From Vulcanimicrobiota bacterium (GTDB lineage Bacteria > Vulcanimicrobiota > Vulcanimicrobiia > Vulcanimicrobiales > Vulcanimicrobiaceae), in NCBI GenBank assembly GCA_963777315.1, contig CAVZQC010000004.1, positions 832,001 through 896,000 of the forward strand: a stretch of DNA of 64,000 nt, written 5' to 3'. The translations under genes were made by a program, and so were the position numbers. The notes beneath the pieces were generated by a model. The model was not told where the DNA came from. It saw only the letters and a list, made by a program, of their open reading frames with translations, and ran no database searches. This document shows, one piece after another, positions 36,558 to 47,163 of this stretch. The first letter of the stretch is position 1. Each line of letters begins with the position of its first letter.

Positions 36558-37556
36558 CTACTGCCGCTCGCTGTCGAGGAATTCGAGCTGAGCCGGCGGA
36601 TACCGGCCTCCGGCAATGCCGCCGGCCGGAATGGCAGCATCGATTCGCAGCTCGTCGTTCGCGGACAGCTGCACGTCGAGCGCGCCCAATGCTTCGTTCA
36701 ATCGTTCGCGCGTACGCGCTCCGACCAGCGGTATGATATCCTTGCCGCGCGTCAATACCCACGCGATCGCCATCTGCGCGACCGAAACGCCCTTCTCTTG
36801 GGCAACCGTCCGTAGGCTCTCGACGATCCGCAAGTTGCGATCCAGATTGTCGCCGCTGAACCGCGGATAACGCGCGCGAAACTGCCGTTCGGCGTTGGAA
36901 CGCTCCTTGCTCCAATGGCCGCTGATGAGACCGCGCGACAACACGCCGTATGCCGTGATCCCGATGCCCAGCTCGCGGCATGCCGGCAGAATGCTGCGCT
37001 CTATTCCGCGCGTAACCATCGCGTACTCGATCTGCAGGTCGCCGATCGGATGTACCGCCGCTGCGCGCCGAATCGTGTCGGCACCCACCTCGCTCAATCC
37101 GACGTACCTGACGTAGCCCGCTTGAATCATCTCACCTATCGCACCGATGGTTTCTTCAATCGGCGTCGCTGGATCCAGCCGCGATGGCCGGTAGATATCG
37201 ATGTAGTCGACGCTCAGCCGCCGCAGCGTATACGAGAGCGCCGTCTTTACCGCTGCCGGCCGCGAATCGTAGCCGATCCATACGCCCGCAGGGTCGCGTT
37301 GCGCACCGAATTTCACGCTGAGCACGGCGCCGTCGCGTTTGCCGCCGCGCAACGCTTGCCCGATCAGCATCTCGTTGTGGCCCATGCCGTAGAAATCGCC
37401 CGTGTCGATCAGCGTGATTCCCGCATCGAGCGCGGAGTGCAGGGTCGCGATGCTTTCGTTTCGGTCCGCAGCACCGTAAAAATCCGACATGCCCATCGCT
37501 CCAAGGCCAATCTCGGAGACTACGGGCCCTGCAGCACCCAGTTTACGCGTCCTCAT
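36558..37556 (-). CDS. aldo/keto reductase
   Basis: GLGAMGMS, DTGDFYG, SVKFG, GLSE, LQIEY. Confidence 0.93.
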   Translation of the reverse strand: MRTRKLGAAGPVVSEIGLGAMGMSDFYGAADRNESIATLHSALDAGITLIDTGDFYGMGHNEMLIGQALRGGKRDGAVLSVKFGAQRDPAGVWIGYDSRPAAVKTALSYTLRRLSVDYIDIYRPSRLDPATPIEETIGAIGEMIQAGYVRYVGLSEVGADTIRRAAAVHPIGDLQIEYAMVTRGIERSILPACRELGIGITAYGVLSRGLISGHWSKERSNAERQFRARYPRFSGDNLDRNLRIVESLRTVAQEKGVSVAQMAIAWVLTRGKDIIPLVGARTRERLNEALGALDVQLSANDELRIDAAIPAGGIAGGRYPPAQLEFLDSERQ

Positions 37557-38552
37557 CTACTGCGGCGGCGATGCAGTCGGCGTGGGATTCACGCGCTTTA
37601 CCACCGGCTTCTTGCCGAACAGCGAAGTCAACTGCTGCATGAGCGCGTGCACGTTCGTTCCGGCGTTATTCAGCTGCGCACGGGTTTGCGGATTTCCCGT
37701 TACGTTGTGAAGATCGCTCTTTAGCGCCGCGGCATTGTCCGTGGCGGTGCCGACGTTGCGGCTCGTTGCCTTGGCGTTCGCTCGCAGCGCAGGATTCGCC
37801 GTAATCGCCCGCGCGGCCAAAGCGGTCTGGGATAACCTGCTGCGCGCCTGCTGCATAGATCCGGCTAACCTCGTGAGCCTGCGGCGGTTCGCGGCGGTCA
37901 GTCCCTCGCCGGGACGGTGCAAGCGGCTTGAGATTTCATCTTGTCGCGCTTTCAGCGACGCATCGAGATCGACCACACTCTGCTCGAGCTGCGCTCGCGA
38001 AGCCACCGCATTGCGGTATTTTTGCTGCATGCCGGCCTTGGTGGCGCGCATTATCGTGAGCAACGACATCGCGCGCCTTTCCACGCCGAAGCCCTCGCGC
38101 ATGACCTGTTCTATGCTCAGCGGCGTAACGCCGACGACTTGCTGGGATAGCGGAAGCACGCGTTTGGGCAGCGCATCGCCGCGCGGCCAGGGCGTCGGCG
38201 AAGTATCCTGCGCAATCCGAATGCTCGGCGGAACGATTACGACGCTCGGCGCTCCGGTCAGCGACGGCCGAATCGTGAACGTCGATTGTTTGGGGATGTC
38301 GATGTTTCGATGAATCGAGAGGATGACTTCGACGCTGGCGTCCGGCAGAATGCGCACTTTGTTGACCGTGCCTACGTCGACGCCACTGAAGAACACCTGC
38401 GAGCCTGCCGGCATTCCCGAAGCGCTCGCAAAATGCACCGCCATCCGATAGCCGCTGCCGATCCCGGCGAAACTTCCGACGATGTAGAGAAATCCCAACA
38501 ATAGGGCTATGGTCGCCAGAGCGAATAAACCCAGCCGCGCCGATTTGGACAC
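37557..38552 (-). CDS. MlaD/MCE-domain protein
   Basis: N-terminal TM, FASASGMPAGSQVFFSGVDVGTV, long helical tail. Confidence 0.8.
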   Translation of the reverse strand: MSKSARLGLFALATIALLLGFLYIVGSFAGIGSGYRMAVHFASASGMPAGSQVFFSGVDVGTVNKVRILPDASVEVILSIHRNIDIPKQSTFTIRPSLTGAPSVVIVPPSIRIAQDTSPTPWPRGDALPKRVLPLSQQVVGVTPLSIEQVMREGFGVERRAMSLLTIMRATKAGMQQKYRNAVASRAQLEQSVVDLDASLKARQDEISSRLHRPGEGLTAANRRRLTRLAGSMQQARSRLSQTALAARAITANPALRANAKATSRNVGTATDNAAALKSDLHNVTGNPQTRAQLNNAGTNVHALMQQLTSLFGKKPVVKRVNPTPTASPPQ

Positions 38553-38623
38553 TCCGCTCGGCTACCTCCGGGCGGCGCGAATGTCCTCCAAATAGTGCGC
38601 ATCGCTCGTACCGCGCACCGAGA

Positions 38624-40417
38624 TTACCACCCGACGGCCTCTCCGTCCTTACCGAAATCCGAGCCGGCAGCATATGCGCCGTTCGGTAACACCATGATTG
38701 CCTGATAGCCGCCCATCGGCGCGCGATTCGTCGGTTGCACGCGATGGCCCATCGCGCGCAGACGTTCGCCCACCAGCGCGTACAGCGGCGACTCCAACCA
38801 CAGCGTATTCGCAATCTCCGACTGCCGAAAACGGGCCATATCGCCGGCCTGCTGCACGTTCGCACCCAGATCGATGATGTCGACTGCTATCTGCTCGTGC
38901 CCCTGCGCCTGCATATCGCCGCCCATCAAACCCAGCGTCATCAGCGGGCGGCCGTCGCGCGCGAGGAACCCGGCCGCGAGCGTATTGTAAGGGCGCTTGT
39001 GTGGTGCGATCGCATTAGGACTGTTCGGATTCAGCGAAAACAGGCCGCCGCGATCGTGCAAAATAAATCCGTAATGCGGCACGGTAATGCCCGAGCCGAA
39101 TTCGTCGTAGTTGCTGTTGACCCACGACACCATGTTGCCCCAGCGGTCCGCGGTCGACAGGACGATCGTATCGCTCGAGCCGGACTGCGGGCCCGGCGGC
39201 GCGGGCGTGGATGCCCGATGCGGATCGAACTTGGCGCACAGCGACGCCGCGTGCTGCGTTGAAAGCAGCCGCGCTACCGGTACGCGAACGACGTCGGGAT
39301 CCGCGTTGAAGCGATAGAGATCCGCGTACGCGAGTTTTTTGGCTTCAACGAGCAGATGCCAGTACTCGGGGTTCCCAGGTCCCAGCGATGCCAGCGACTG
39401 ACCCGGCACAGCCTTGCGCATGCATTGCGCCAAAATATTGAGCGCCTCGTTTGCCGCAAAACCCTGCGAGGGCGGCGGCAGCTCCAATAGGTGCGCGCCA
39501 TGATACGCCGTGTCGATCGGCTGCTCCCACTCGCCGCGGTAGCTCGCGAGATCGCTCAGCGTCATCGTGCCGCCGAACGCGCGGGATTTCGCGACGATCG
39601 CCCGCGCGATCTCGCCGCGGTAAAATACGTTGCGCCCATATTTCTGCAGCAGGCGCAGCGAACGTGCCAAGTCGGGATTGCGGAAGATTTGTCCGGTTCG
39701 CGGCGGCGCGCCCTCGATGTACCACGTTCGTACCGAATCCGGGTCCAGCCGCGTACAGCACCCTCGCAGCGGGAGCGCGTCGGGCAGGCGCCATTCGCCG
39801 GCGATGCGTTCCGACACCGGAAAACCGTTTTGCGCGTAATCGATTGCCGGGCCCAGCACGCGATCGAACTTCATCGTACCGAACCGGCGCAGCACTTCAT
39901 CCCACCCCCAAACCGAACCCGGCACCGTGACGTCCAAAATTCCGCCGGACGGCATGCCCGAGCCCGGCCCCCAATTTGCCGGATCGAACCTGTATCCGAG
40001 CGCGTTGAAATGCGCGATCGTCGCTCCGGTGGGCGCTTTGCCGCTGGCGTTGAGCGCGTAATACTTGTGCTGCTTTGCAATATAGATGATTGCAAACACG
40101 TCGCCGCCCATGCCCACCATCATCGGTTCAGTCACGTTCAGCGTGGCGACCGCCGCGACCGCGGCGTCAACGGCGTTGCCACCCCGCATCAAAATGCGCA
40201 GCCCGGCTTGCGCAGCCAGCGGCTGGCTCGTGACGACGACGCCGTTGCGCGCCAGCACCGGAGACCGGCTTTGCGGCAGCCATCCCTCCGCGCGATCGCC
40301 GCGCACGGCGCTATCCGCCGGAACTTTCGGCGGTGCGGGCGCCGCGCACACCAGCGTGTACGCAGCAAAAGCGCCGGCAATGATACAACTCATAACTACA
40401 CGTCGCATGAGCCGCAC
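38624..40417 (-). CDS. ggt: gamma-glutamyltransferase family protein (exported)
   Basis: GGNAVDAAVA, TVPG, DT(I) nucleophile Thr, FGSG, PHKRPYNT, MGGDMQAQG. Confidence 0.9.
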   Translation of the reverse strand: MRLMRRVVMSCIIAGAFAAYTLVCAAPAPPKVPADSAVRGDRAEGWLPQSRSPVLARNGVVVTSQPLAAQAGLRILMRGGNAVDAAVAAVATLNVTEPMMVGMGGDVFAIIYIAKQHKYYALNASGKAPTGATIAHFNALGYRFDPANWGPGSGMPSGGILDVTVPGSVWGWDEVLRRFGTMKFDRVLGPAIDYAQNGFPVSERIAGEWRLPDALPLRGCCTRLDPDSVRTWYIEGAPPRTGQIFRNPDLARSLRLLQKYGRNVFYRGEIARAIVAKSRAFGGTMTLSDLASYRGEWEQPIDTAYHGAHLLELPPPSQGFAANEALNILAQCMRKAVPGQSLASLGPGNPEYWHLLVEAKKLAYADLYRFNADPDVVRVPVARLLSTQHAASLCAKFDPHRASTPAPPGPQSGSSDTIVLSTADRWGNMVSWVNSNYDEFGSGITVPHYGFILHDRGGLFSLNPNSPNAIAPHKRPYNTLAAGFLARDGRPLMTLGLMGGDMQAQGHEQIAVDIIDLGANVQQAGDMARFRQSEIANTLWLESPLYALVGERLRAMGHRVQPTNRAPMGGYQAIMVLPNGAYAAGSDFGKDGEAVGW

Positions 40418-40463
40418 TTCGCTGCGCGCAGCCGTTACTCTTTACCGAAGCTGTGCCGTCGCC

Positions 40464-42479
40464 TCACTCTTGACCCAAGGCAAACCGCTTTGCCGCCACC
40501 CACCGGTACAGCCCCAGAGCAAGCGCAATGAACGCGACACCGCCGATAACTTCGGACGGAATCAAAAACCGATCGCCTACCAGCGATAACGGCGCGCCCT
40601 TTCCGCTAAATACGATGATTCCGGATAGCAAAACGCCGAACAAGCTCTCCCCCACTATCAGGCCCGACGCGAGCAACACGCCCAAGCGCTTTGCCACCTC
40701 GGAATGCGGCCCGCGCGATACGCCGCGATTGTACGCCCAGCCGAGAACCGCCCCCAGCACGGCGGCCGCCGTCGTCGACGTCGGCAGGTAAATGCCCAGG
40801 CCCACTGCAAGCGGAGGCAACTTCGCGCGTCCGTTCGTGCGCGCGCGCAGTATTTCGTCGACGACGATGACGCCGATGCCCACCAGCGCGCCGATCGAAA
40901 TCAGTCCCCAGTCGATCTGCCCGCTGATTACGCCCTTTGCCAGCGCCGAAATCAGCGTGGCCTGCGGCGCGGGCAGCGGCTGCGCTACGGCTGCTGCATG
41001 CGCGCGCGGCGCGCCCGCGAAACCGTATGCGGCATTGAGCAAATCGAGGATCGGCGGAATCACCAGCGACCCGAACACCACGCCCGCAACCAGCGCCACT
41101 TGCTGACGCCACGGCGTTGCGTCGACGAGTTGCCCGGTCTTGAGATCCTGCAGATTATCGTTGGCAATCGTCGCCGCCGCCAGAACGACTGCCGTTACGA
41201 ACAGCGCAAACGCAACCAGCGCGTCCTTTGCGCTCCCCGACGCGCCGTGCGCAACGAACAGCACGATGAGCGAAATGCCGATGATCGCCAGTATCGCAAG
41301 CCCTGAAACCGGACTATTCGAAGAGCCGATCAGGCCGGCCATGTATCCCGCAACCGCTGCCACGATAAAGCCGACGACGACCACGTAAATCACCGCGGCG
41401 ATCGTCAACGGAACGATGTACGCTCCCAGAGCGCCGCCGTGCAAAAACGCGACCAGCAAAAACGCCATCGGCACCAAACAGGCAAGGCTAATGATTCCCA
41501 CGATGCCGATCGGCATGTCGTGCTCGGTGCGCGCGAGCAAGTGCGCCTCCCCCGCGGATCTGCGGCGGGATGCTTCGATCGCTGCAAGCAAACCCGTCCA
41601 CACCGGAACCGCCAGGCGCGCGAGCGTCCAAATGGCCGAGATCCCGATAGCGCCCGCGCCGATGAAGCGCACCTGGTGCGACCACACGGCCGTCGCAACG
41701 TCCGCCGCGGGACCGATTGCAGGATGAAGCGCAGTAAGTGCCGGCACGGCGACGCCCCAAGCAATCACGAATCCCGTTAGAATCGCAAGTCCGACCGCCA
41801 AACCGATCAAATGTCCGGCACCCAGCAATGCGAGCGACAGGGAAAAACCGATGCCGCTGGCCGAAGCACCCGCGCGAAAATAGTAATCGATCTCCCCGGC
41901 GAACACGCGCGTTGCCGTTATCGCCGCAAAGATCGCCGACGATATCGCGCCCCACACCACTGCCGACAGTCCGGCTTTGCCTTCGGCGGCCCCTTCGCGC
42001 GTGCCGGTGCCGACGCGCAGGATCTCGGCGGCCGCGACGCCTTCGGGATACGGAAGGTCCGATGTCGTCACCAGCGCGCGGCGAAGCGGAATGGTGAACA
42101 TCACGCCCAGCACGCCGCCCACCACGCAAACGCCGAACGAGGGCCAAAACGGAAATCCGCTCCACCAGCCGACCATGACCAATCCCGGAAGCACGAAGAT
42201 GATCGATGAAATCGTCCCCGCCGCGGACGCGACGGTTTGAACGATGTTGTTTTCGTAGATCGTGCCGGTCTTGAACGCGCGCAGCACGGCCATCGAGATG
42301 ACGGCCGCGGGAATCGACGAGGCGAACGTGAGGCCCACCTTGAGGCCCAGATACACGTTTGCGGCGGTGAAGACGAGCGTAATGGCCGCGCCCAGCACCA
42401 AACCGCGAACGGTTAATTCAAGCCGTGCCCGTGCAGCGTCCGGCGCAGCCGCCGAAGCCGCGGCAGAGGATCCAAGCAT
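40464..42479 (-). CDS. OPT-family oligopeptide transporter
   Basis: ELTVRG, YLGLKVG, ENNIVQT, LPYPEG, NDNLQDLKTG, LPAPQA. Confidence 0.93.
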   Translation of the reverse strand: MLGSSAAASAAAPDAARARLELTVRGLVLGAAITLVFTAANVYLGLKVGLTFASSIPAAVISMAVLRAFKTGTIYENNIVQTVASAAGTISSIIFVLPGLVMVGWWSGFPFWPSFGVCVVGGVLGVMFTIPLRRALVTTSDLPYPEGVAAAEILRVGTGTREGAAEGKAGLSAVVWGAISSAIFAAITATRVFAGEIDYYFRAGASASGIGFSLSLALLGAGHLIGLAVGLAILTGFVIAWGVAVPALTALHPAIGPAADVATAVWSHQVRFIGAGAIGISAIWTLARLAVPVWTGLLAAIEASRRRSAGEAHLLARTEHDMPIGIVGIISLACLVPMAFLLVAFLHGGALGAYIVPLTIAAVIYVVVVGFIVAAVAGYMAGLIGSSNSPVSGLAILAIIGISLIVLFVAHGASGSAKDALVAFALFVTAVVLAAATIANDNLQDLKTGQLVDATPWRQQVALVAGVVFGSLVIPPILDLLNAAYGFAGAPRAHAAAVAQPLPAPQATLISALAKGVISGQIDWGLISIGALVGIGVIVVDEILRARTNGRAKLPPLAVGLGIYLPTSTTAAAVLGAVLGWAYNRGVSRGPHSEVAKRLGVLLASGLIVGESLFGVLLSGIIVFSGKGAPLSLVGDRFLIPSEVIGGVAFIALALGLYRWVAAKRFALGQE

Positions 42480-42509
42480 GGCGCACCGTTAGATGACCGG
42501 GCGCCGGTT

Positions 42510-42797
42510 TCATGCGCGGCGCGTCACCACGATTTCGCTGCCGGTGGGCGTCACGTTCTTTTCCAGCGCTCGCCCGGCGAGCCAAACGAAAGCCGTACAC
42601 AGCAGCGCGAGCAGTGCTGCATCGTCGAACAGTCCCAGGATCGGGATGTCGGCGAAAATATCCAGCGGTGAAATGATCAGCAGCCCGAGCGCGACGGTAA
42701 GTACTTTGAGCAGCGCGGGAACGCGGGTGTCTCGCATGAGCGGAACGGTCGCCTTGAAGCTGCGGACCGCCCAGAATATCGCGCGCGGAAGAGCCAT
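42510..42797 (-). CDS. DUF1232/YkvA family membrane protein
   Basis: SPLDIFADIPILGLFDD. Confidence 0.8.
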   Translation of the reverse strand: MALPRAIFWAVRSFKATVPLMRDTRVPALLKVLTVALGLLIISPLDIFADIPILGLFDDAALLALLCTAFVWLAGRALEKNVTPTGSEIVVTRRA

Positions 42798-42899
42798 ACG
42801 TTATGAATATCGGTCGCCTACCGGAAAAGTTGCAGAACCTGCGCTCCGCAGGCAGCCGTACGGCGGGAACACCCGGCCCTTTGGACCAAAATTGCGGCT

Positions 42900-43562
42900 A
42901 TGGAGACGATAGAAAGCGTTACGGAAGTCCGGCGCATGCTCTCGCCGGCGCCGCGCCCGCAAAGCGTGGCCTTCGACGGTGAAACGCTCTGGATGGGCTC
43001 GCTCGAGACTTCGCGCCTGTATGCTCTCGACCCGCTGCACTGGACGGTGCGCGAGGAAACCGAAGCGCCCGGTAAGCCGTACGGCATCACCGTCATGGGT
43101 GAGGAACTTCGGGTGCTGCTCTCGGAAGGGCCTGACGACAAACGCATCATTCGGCGGTACATTCCGGGCCACGGATTTAAAAACAACGGCGCGATTGCAT
43201 GCCCCGACGACACCGGCTCGCAACTGGGTTACGACGGGGATCGGCTCTACGTCAGCCAGTGGTACAATAGGCGCATCATTTCGCTCGATGCGGACGGACG
43301 AATCGGAACGGTGATCGAAGCGCCGCACGGCATTTGCGGGCAAGTGATTTTCGGCGGCGCCTTTTATCTGCTGGGCACCGACGATGAAGAATCCGACGAG
43401 TATTTCCTCTCACGGATCGACGCGCGCGACGGAACGGCGAAAGCCGACGACATCGCCCGCGTCAACTTTCAGGGCCGCGGTTTAGCGTTCGACGGAACTC
43501 GCTTCTGGAGCAATCATCGCGAGAAGCACGAGATCGTCGCTTTTACGATTCCGTCCTGGTGA
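42900..43562 (+). CDS. beta-propeller protein (glutamine cyclotransferase-like repeats)
   Basis: Repeated AFDGETLW / GYDGDRLY / AFDGTRFW blades. Confidence 0.6.
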   Translation: METIESVTEVRRMLSPAPRPQSVAFDGETLWMGSLETSRLYALDPLHWTVREETEAPGKPYGITVMGEELRVLLSEGPDDKRIIRRYIPGHGFKNNGAIACPDDTGSQLGYDGDRLYVSQWYNRRIISLDADGRIGTVIEAPHGICGQVIFGGAFYLLGTDDEESDEYFLSRIDARDGTAKADDIARVNFQGRGLAFDGTRFWSNHREKHEIVAFTIPSW

Positions 43563-43582
43563 CGGGTCCGTTCGTCACGCCT

Positions 43583-43903
43583 TTACTGATGAGTCTTGGG
43601 CACCTTCGGGTGCGCAGGCGCAGAAACCGCCCGCATCTCGATCTTCATTAAATTCAACTGTTGCTGCAACTCTAAATATTGGGTTTGCAGCAGCTGCTGC
43701 TGCATCTGGGCCTGCAGATTTGCGCGTGAAAGATTCTGCTGGCTCTCAAGCCGCACGGCCTGCGTATTGAGCTGGTTCTGCATTTGCTGCTGGAGCGCTT
43801 GCGTTACGATGACGCGGTTGACCCGTGGACTCACGTCCGCCCGTACGGCAACCGGCAAAAGGAACGCGGCGGCAATCAGCGCGGCCGCAAACGATCTTCT
43901 CAT
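43583..43903 (-). CDS. secreted Gln-rich small protein
   Basis: Signal peptide; poly-Q helical body; directly downstream of the kinase gene. Confidence 0.6.
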   Translation of the reverse strand: MRRSFAAALIAAAFLLPVAVRADVSPRVNRVIVTQALQQQMQNQLNTQAVRLESQQNLSRANLQAQMQQQLLQTQYLELQQQLNLMKIEMRAVSAPAHPKVPKTHQ

Positions 43904-43918
43904 AGCGGGATCATGACC

Positions 43919-45283
43919 CTACGCCACGGGGTTTGGTTGCTGCTCGCGAGGCAAGCACAGCGTCACGCGCGTGCCCTTGCCCGGAGCGGTTTCCAGCCGA
44001 GCCGTCCCGTGTGCCCGCTCGACAGCGCGCCTGGCTATCGCAAGCCCCAAGCCCGAACCGTCGATTTCGCCGTGCGCGCCGCGATAAAAGCGGTCGAATG
44101 CATGCTCGGCATCCTCGGGCTCCATCCCCGGCCCCGAATCGGAAACGCTGATGCAGGCAGCATCGGAATCGCTGGTTACGTCGATTCGCACATCGGACTT
44201 CGGTGCATACTTGAGCGCGTTGTCGACCAAATTTTTCACTGCTTCGTATAGTTCGGATTCATCCGCCGTAACGATGGCGGACCCGGCGGCGGCATCGGTC
44301 CGGATGCGCCCGTTTGCCAGCGGATGCAACGCGTCGGCCGCGCGTTGCGCCACCGCGTTCAAGTCTACCGGTACGGGGCGCGTTGCCGCCGGCGCGCGGT
44401 CCAAGCGCGCGAGCAGAATGAGCTTTTCGATGATCGACCGCATCTTGCGGCTCTCGTCGAGCATGGTTTCATACGTGCGTTGAGTCCCTTCGCTGCCTTG
44501 AACGATCCCTTGGCGCAGCACATCGAGATAGCCCATGATAATCGTCAGCGGCGTGCGCAGTTCGTGCCCCGCGTCGGCGATGAACTGGCGCATCTGCGCT
44601 TCGGTTTGCCGGCGTTCCGCGGTCGCCGTCGCCAAGCTGTATGCCACGTCGTTGTACGCGTTGGTCAACTCCCACAAGTTGTTGCCTTCGCTCAAAAGCC
44701 GGCGCGGTGAAAAATCACCCGCTGCGACCACGCGAAGTGCCTGCGTCACTTCGGCCAGCGGAACCACGGCACGCGCGGTAATGCGCCGGCCGATCAGCCA
44801 TGCTGCCAGCACGCCCAGCGCGCCGATGGGCAGCATGATCGACCAGTACCACAGCAAGATTTGGCCGAAGCGATCGAAATCCGCGCTGATCGCGATCGTG
44901 CCGCCGGCGATCGGCACCTGCACTCGCGGCAGTCCCACGAGCCGCCCGATCGCAATGACCACGGCGCGGCCGGCACCGGCCGATTGCCGGCGCTCGTTTT
45001 GCGCAAGCGGGCGTCCGCGATCGTCGAGCACCAGTACGCGAAAGCGTGAACGGCCCACGGATGCCGCAAGCCGGGGCGCAACCTGCGCGAGCGGATGCGC
45101 GGGAGTTATCAGTCGCCCGGCGATTTCGGACGCGCGCTGCGCCGCCGACGCAACGGCGTCGTTCATGCCGCGCGCGTACAGCAAAAATGCCAGCGCGGTA
45201 GACGCCGCAACGATCGCCAGAATCAAAACGACGGCCAGCGCCACGTACGCGCGCGTGATGCTCCGGCTCAGCGATGCAAACAT
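43919..45283 (-). CDS. HAMP sensor histidine kinase
   Basis: DAGHELRTPL, NLVDNALKY, DSGPG, GSGLGL. Confidence 0.95.
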   Translation of the reverse strand: MFASLSRSITRAYVALAVVLILAIVAASTALAFLLYARGMNDAVASAAQRASEIAGRLITPAHPLAQVAPRLAASVGRSRFRVLVLDDRGRPLAQNERRQSAGAGRAVVIAIGRLVGLPRVQVPIAGGTIAISADFDRFGQILLWYWSIMLPIGALGVLAAWLIGRRITARAVVPLAEVTQALRVVAAGDFSPRRLLSEGNNLWELTNAYNDVAYSLATATAERRQTEAQMRQFIADAGHELRTPLTIIMGYLDVLRQGIVQGSEGTQRTYETMLDESRKMRSIIEKLILLARLDRAPAATRPVPVDLNAVAQRAADALHPLANGRIRTDAAAGSAIVTADESELYEAVKNLVDNALKYAPKSDVRIDVTSDSDAACISVSDSGPGMEPEDAEHAFDRFYRGAHGEIDGSGLGLAIARRAVERAHGTARLETAPGKGTRVTLCLPREQQPNPVA

Positions 45284-45955
45284 CTATTCGATACGCAGGG
45301 TGTAGCCGACGCCGCGCACGGTATGAATCAGCCTTTGCTCGAAACCGTCGTCGACCTTGGCGCGCAAGTACGAAATGTAGCGCTCGACCGCCGCGGGCGT
45401 CACGTCCCGTTCGTCGCCCCATACCATTTCGAGCAGCTCGTCGCGGGTGAACACGCGTTTGGGGCGGCGCAGCAGCGTGACGAGCAGATTGAATTCCAGC
45501 GGCGAAAGGTCCAAGCGCGTGTCCGCGCGCTGCGCGACGTGCGTCTGCAGATCGACGATCAGGTCCGCGTACCGCAGCACGTCGCCGTGTTCGATGTGCG
45601 GGCGTCGCAGTTTGGCCTCGATGTGCGCGATCAGTTCGGATATCTCGAAGGGCTTGCTTAAGTAATCGTCCGCGCCGTGAGACAGGCCGGAAACCTTGTC
45701 TTCCACCTCGCCCTTTGCGCTGAGCATGATGACCGGCGCGTCGGTGATGCGCCGCAGCATCGGCAGCAGCGAGATCCCGTCGATCTTTGGCAGCATCACG
45801 TCCAGCACGATCGCGTCGGGCTCCCACTGCGTTGCCGCCGTCAGCGCGGTCTGTCCGTCGGGCGCGCTCTGCACGTCGTAGCCGTGGTGGCGCAAGCTGA
45901 GTTCGAGCAACTCTCGGATGCGCCGCTCGTCGTCCACCACAAGCACGCGAGTCAT
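45284..45955 (-). CDS. OmpR/PhoB-family response regulator (MprA-like)
   Basis: VLVVDD, LDVMLP, GADDYLSKPF, YISYLRAK, IHTVRGVGY. Confidence 0.95.
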   Translation of the reverse strand: MTRVLVVDDERRIRELLELSLRHHGYDVQSAPDGQTALTAATQWEPDAIVLDVMLPKIDGISLLPMLRRITDAPVIMLSAKGEVEDKVSGLSHGADDYLSKPFEISELIAHIEAKLRRPHIEHGDVLRYADLIVDLQTHVAQRADTRLDLSPLEFNLLVTLLRRPKRVFTRDELLEMVWGDERDVTPAAVERYISYLRAKVDDGFEQRLIHTVRGVGYTLRIE

Positions 45956-47163
45956 TCGAAGCGCAGCGCCTCGATCGGCCGCAAGTTGGCGGCTTTGCGC
46001 GCCGGATAGTATCCGAAGAACACGCCGACCATCGCCGAGAACAGCACGGAAAACGCGATCCATGCGGGTGGGATCATCATCGGCCACTTCGCGAGAAGAG
46101 CGACCACACCCGTACCGCCCAGGCCGAACACGACTCCGATCAGGCCGCCGACCGTGGATAGCACGATCGATTCGGTCAGGAACTGGCGCAGAATCACCCG
46201 TCCGCGCGCGCCCACCGCCATCCGCAATCCGATTTCGCGCGTACGTTCGGTAACGGACACCATCATGATGTTCATGATGCCGATGCCTCCGACGATGAGC
46301 GAAACGGCCGCAACGCCCGCGAGCAGAAATTCCATCACCGCTCCGGTCGACGATGCGGCCGCTGCGATGTCCTGAAGATTGCGAACCGAGAAATCGTCCT
46401 GCTGCGCAGGCGCAATCCGATGGCGCTGCTCGAGCAGTGCGGTAACCTCGTTCTGCACGTCCGTTACGCTTTGAGAATCCTGCGCCGAAACCATCAGGGT
46501 GTTCACCGTCGTTTGTCCGGTCAGCCGCTGCATGGCGGACGTGTAGGGAATCATGATCGTATCGTCTTGATCTTGCCCCATGCCGCTTTGCCCGAGCGCG
46601 GACAGTGTCCCTACCACCGTAAACGGCACGCCTTTGACGAACACCGTTTTGCCCAGTGGCGACGATCCGTCCGGAAACAGATTCGCAATGACCGTTTGGC
46701 CCAATACCGCGACCTTTGCGGCCGAAGCAACGTCGTTTTGCGTGAAGAACGTGCCGCTCGCCATCGGCCAGCTGCGCACGAACGTATACGTGGGCGCCAC
46801 GCCGGAGATCGACGTCTGCCAGTTGTTGCCGCCCGAAACGACTTGCGATCGGACGCTCACGACGGGCGACACCGCCGCAACGCCGGACAGCTTGGCAATG
46901 GCCATGCCGTCGTCGGGCGTGAGGGTCGAAGCGCCGCCGAAACCGCTGCGCGCGCCGCTTTGCGTGACGCTTCCCGGCATGACGACGATCATGTTGCTGC
47001 CCAGGCTGTTGATTTGATTTTGCACCGATATGCGCGCACCCGCGCCGATCGCGACCGTGACGATCACCGCCGCGACGCCGATGATGACGCCCAGCATCGT
47101 GAGCAGCGAGCGCCCGCGATTGCGCAGCAGCGCATCCAACGCGAGTCGAAGCGTCGACATCAT
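45952..47163 (-). CDS. MacB-type ABC transporter permease
   Basis: RSLLTMLGVIIG, VGGIGIMNIM, ERTREIG, PIEALRFE. Confidence 0.93.
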   Translation of the reverse strand: MMSTLRLALDALLRNRGRSLLTMLGVIIGVAAVIVTVAIGAGARISVQNQINSLGSNMIVVMPGSVTQSGARSGFGGASTLTPDDGMAIAKLSGVAAVSPVVSVRSQVVSGGNNWQTSISGVAPTYTFVRSWPMASGTFFTQNDVASAAKVAVLGQTVIANLFPDGSSPLGKTVFVKGVPFTVVGTLSALGQSGMGQDQDDTIMIPYTSAMQRLTGQTTVNTLMVSAQDSQSVTDVQNEVTALLEQRHRIAPAQQDDFSVRNLQDIAAAASSTGAVMEFLLAGVAAVSLIVGGIGIMNIMMVSVTERTREIGLRMAVGARGRVILRQFLTESIVLSTVGGLIGVVFGLGGTGVVALLAKWPMMIPPAWIAFSVLFSAMVGVFFGYYPARKAANLRPIEALRFE

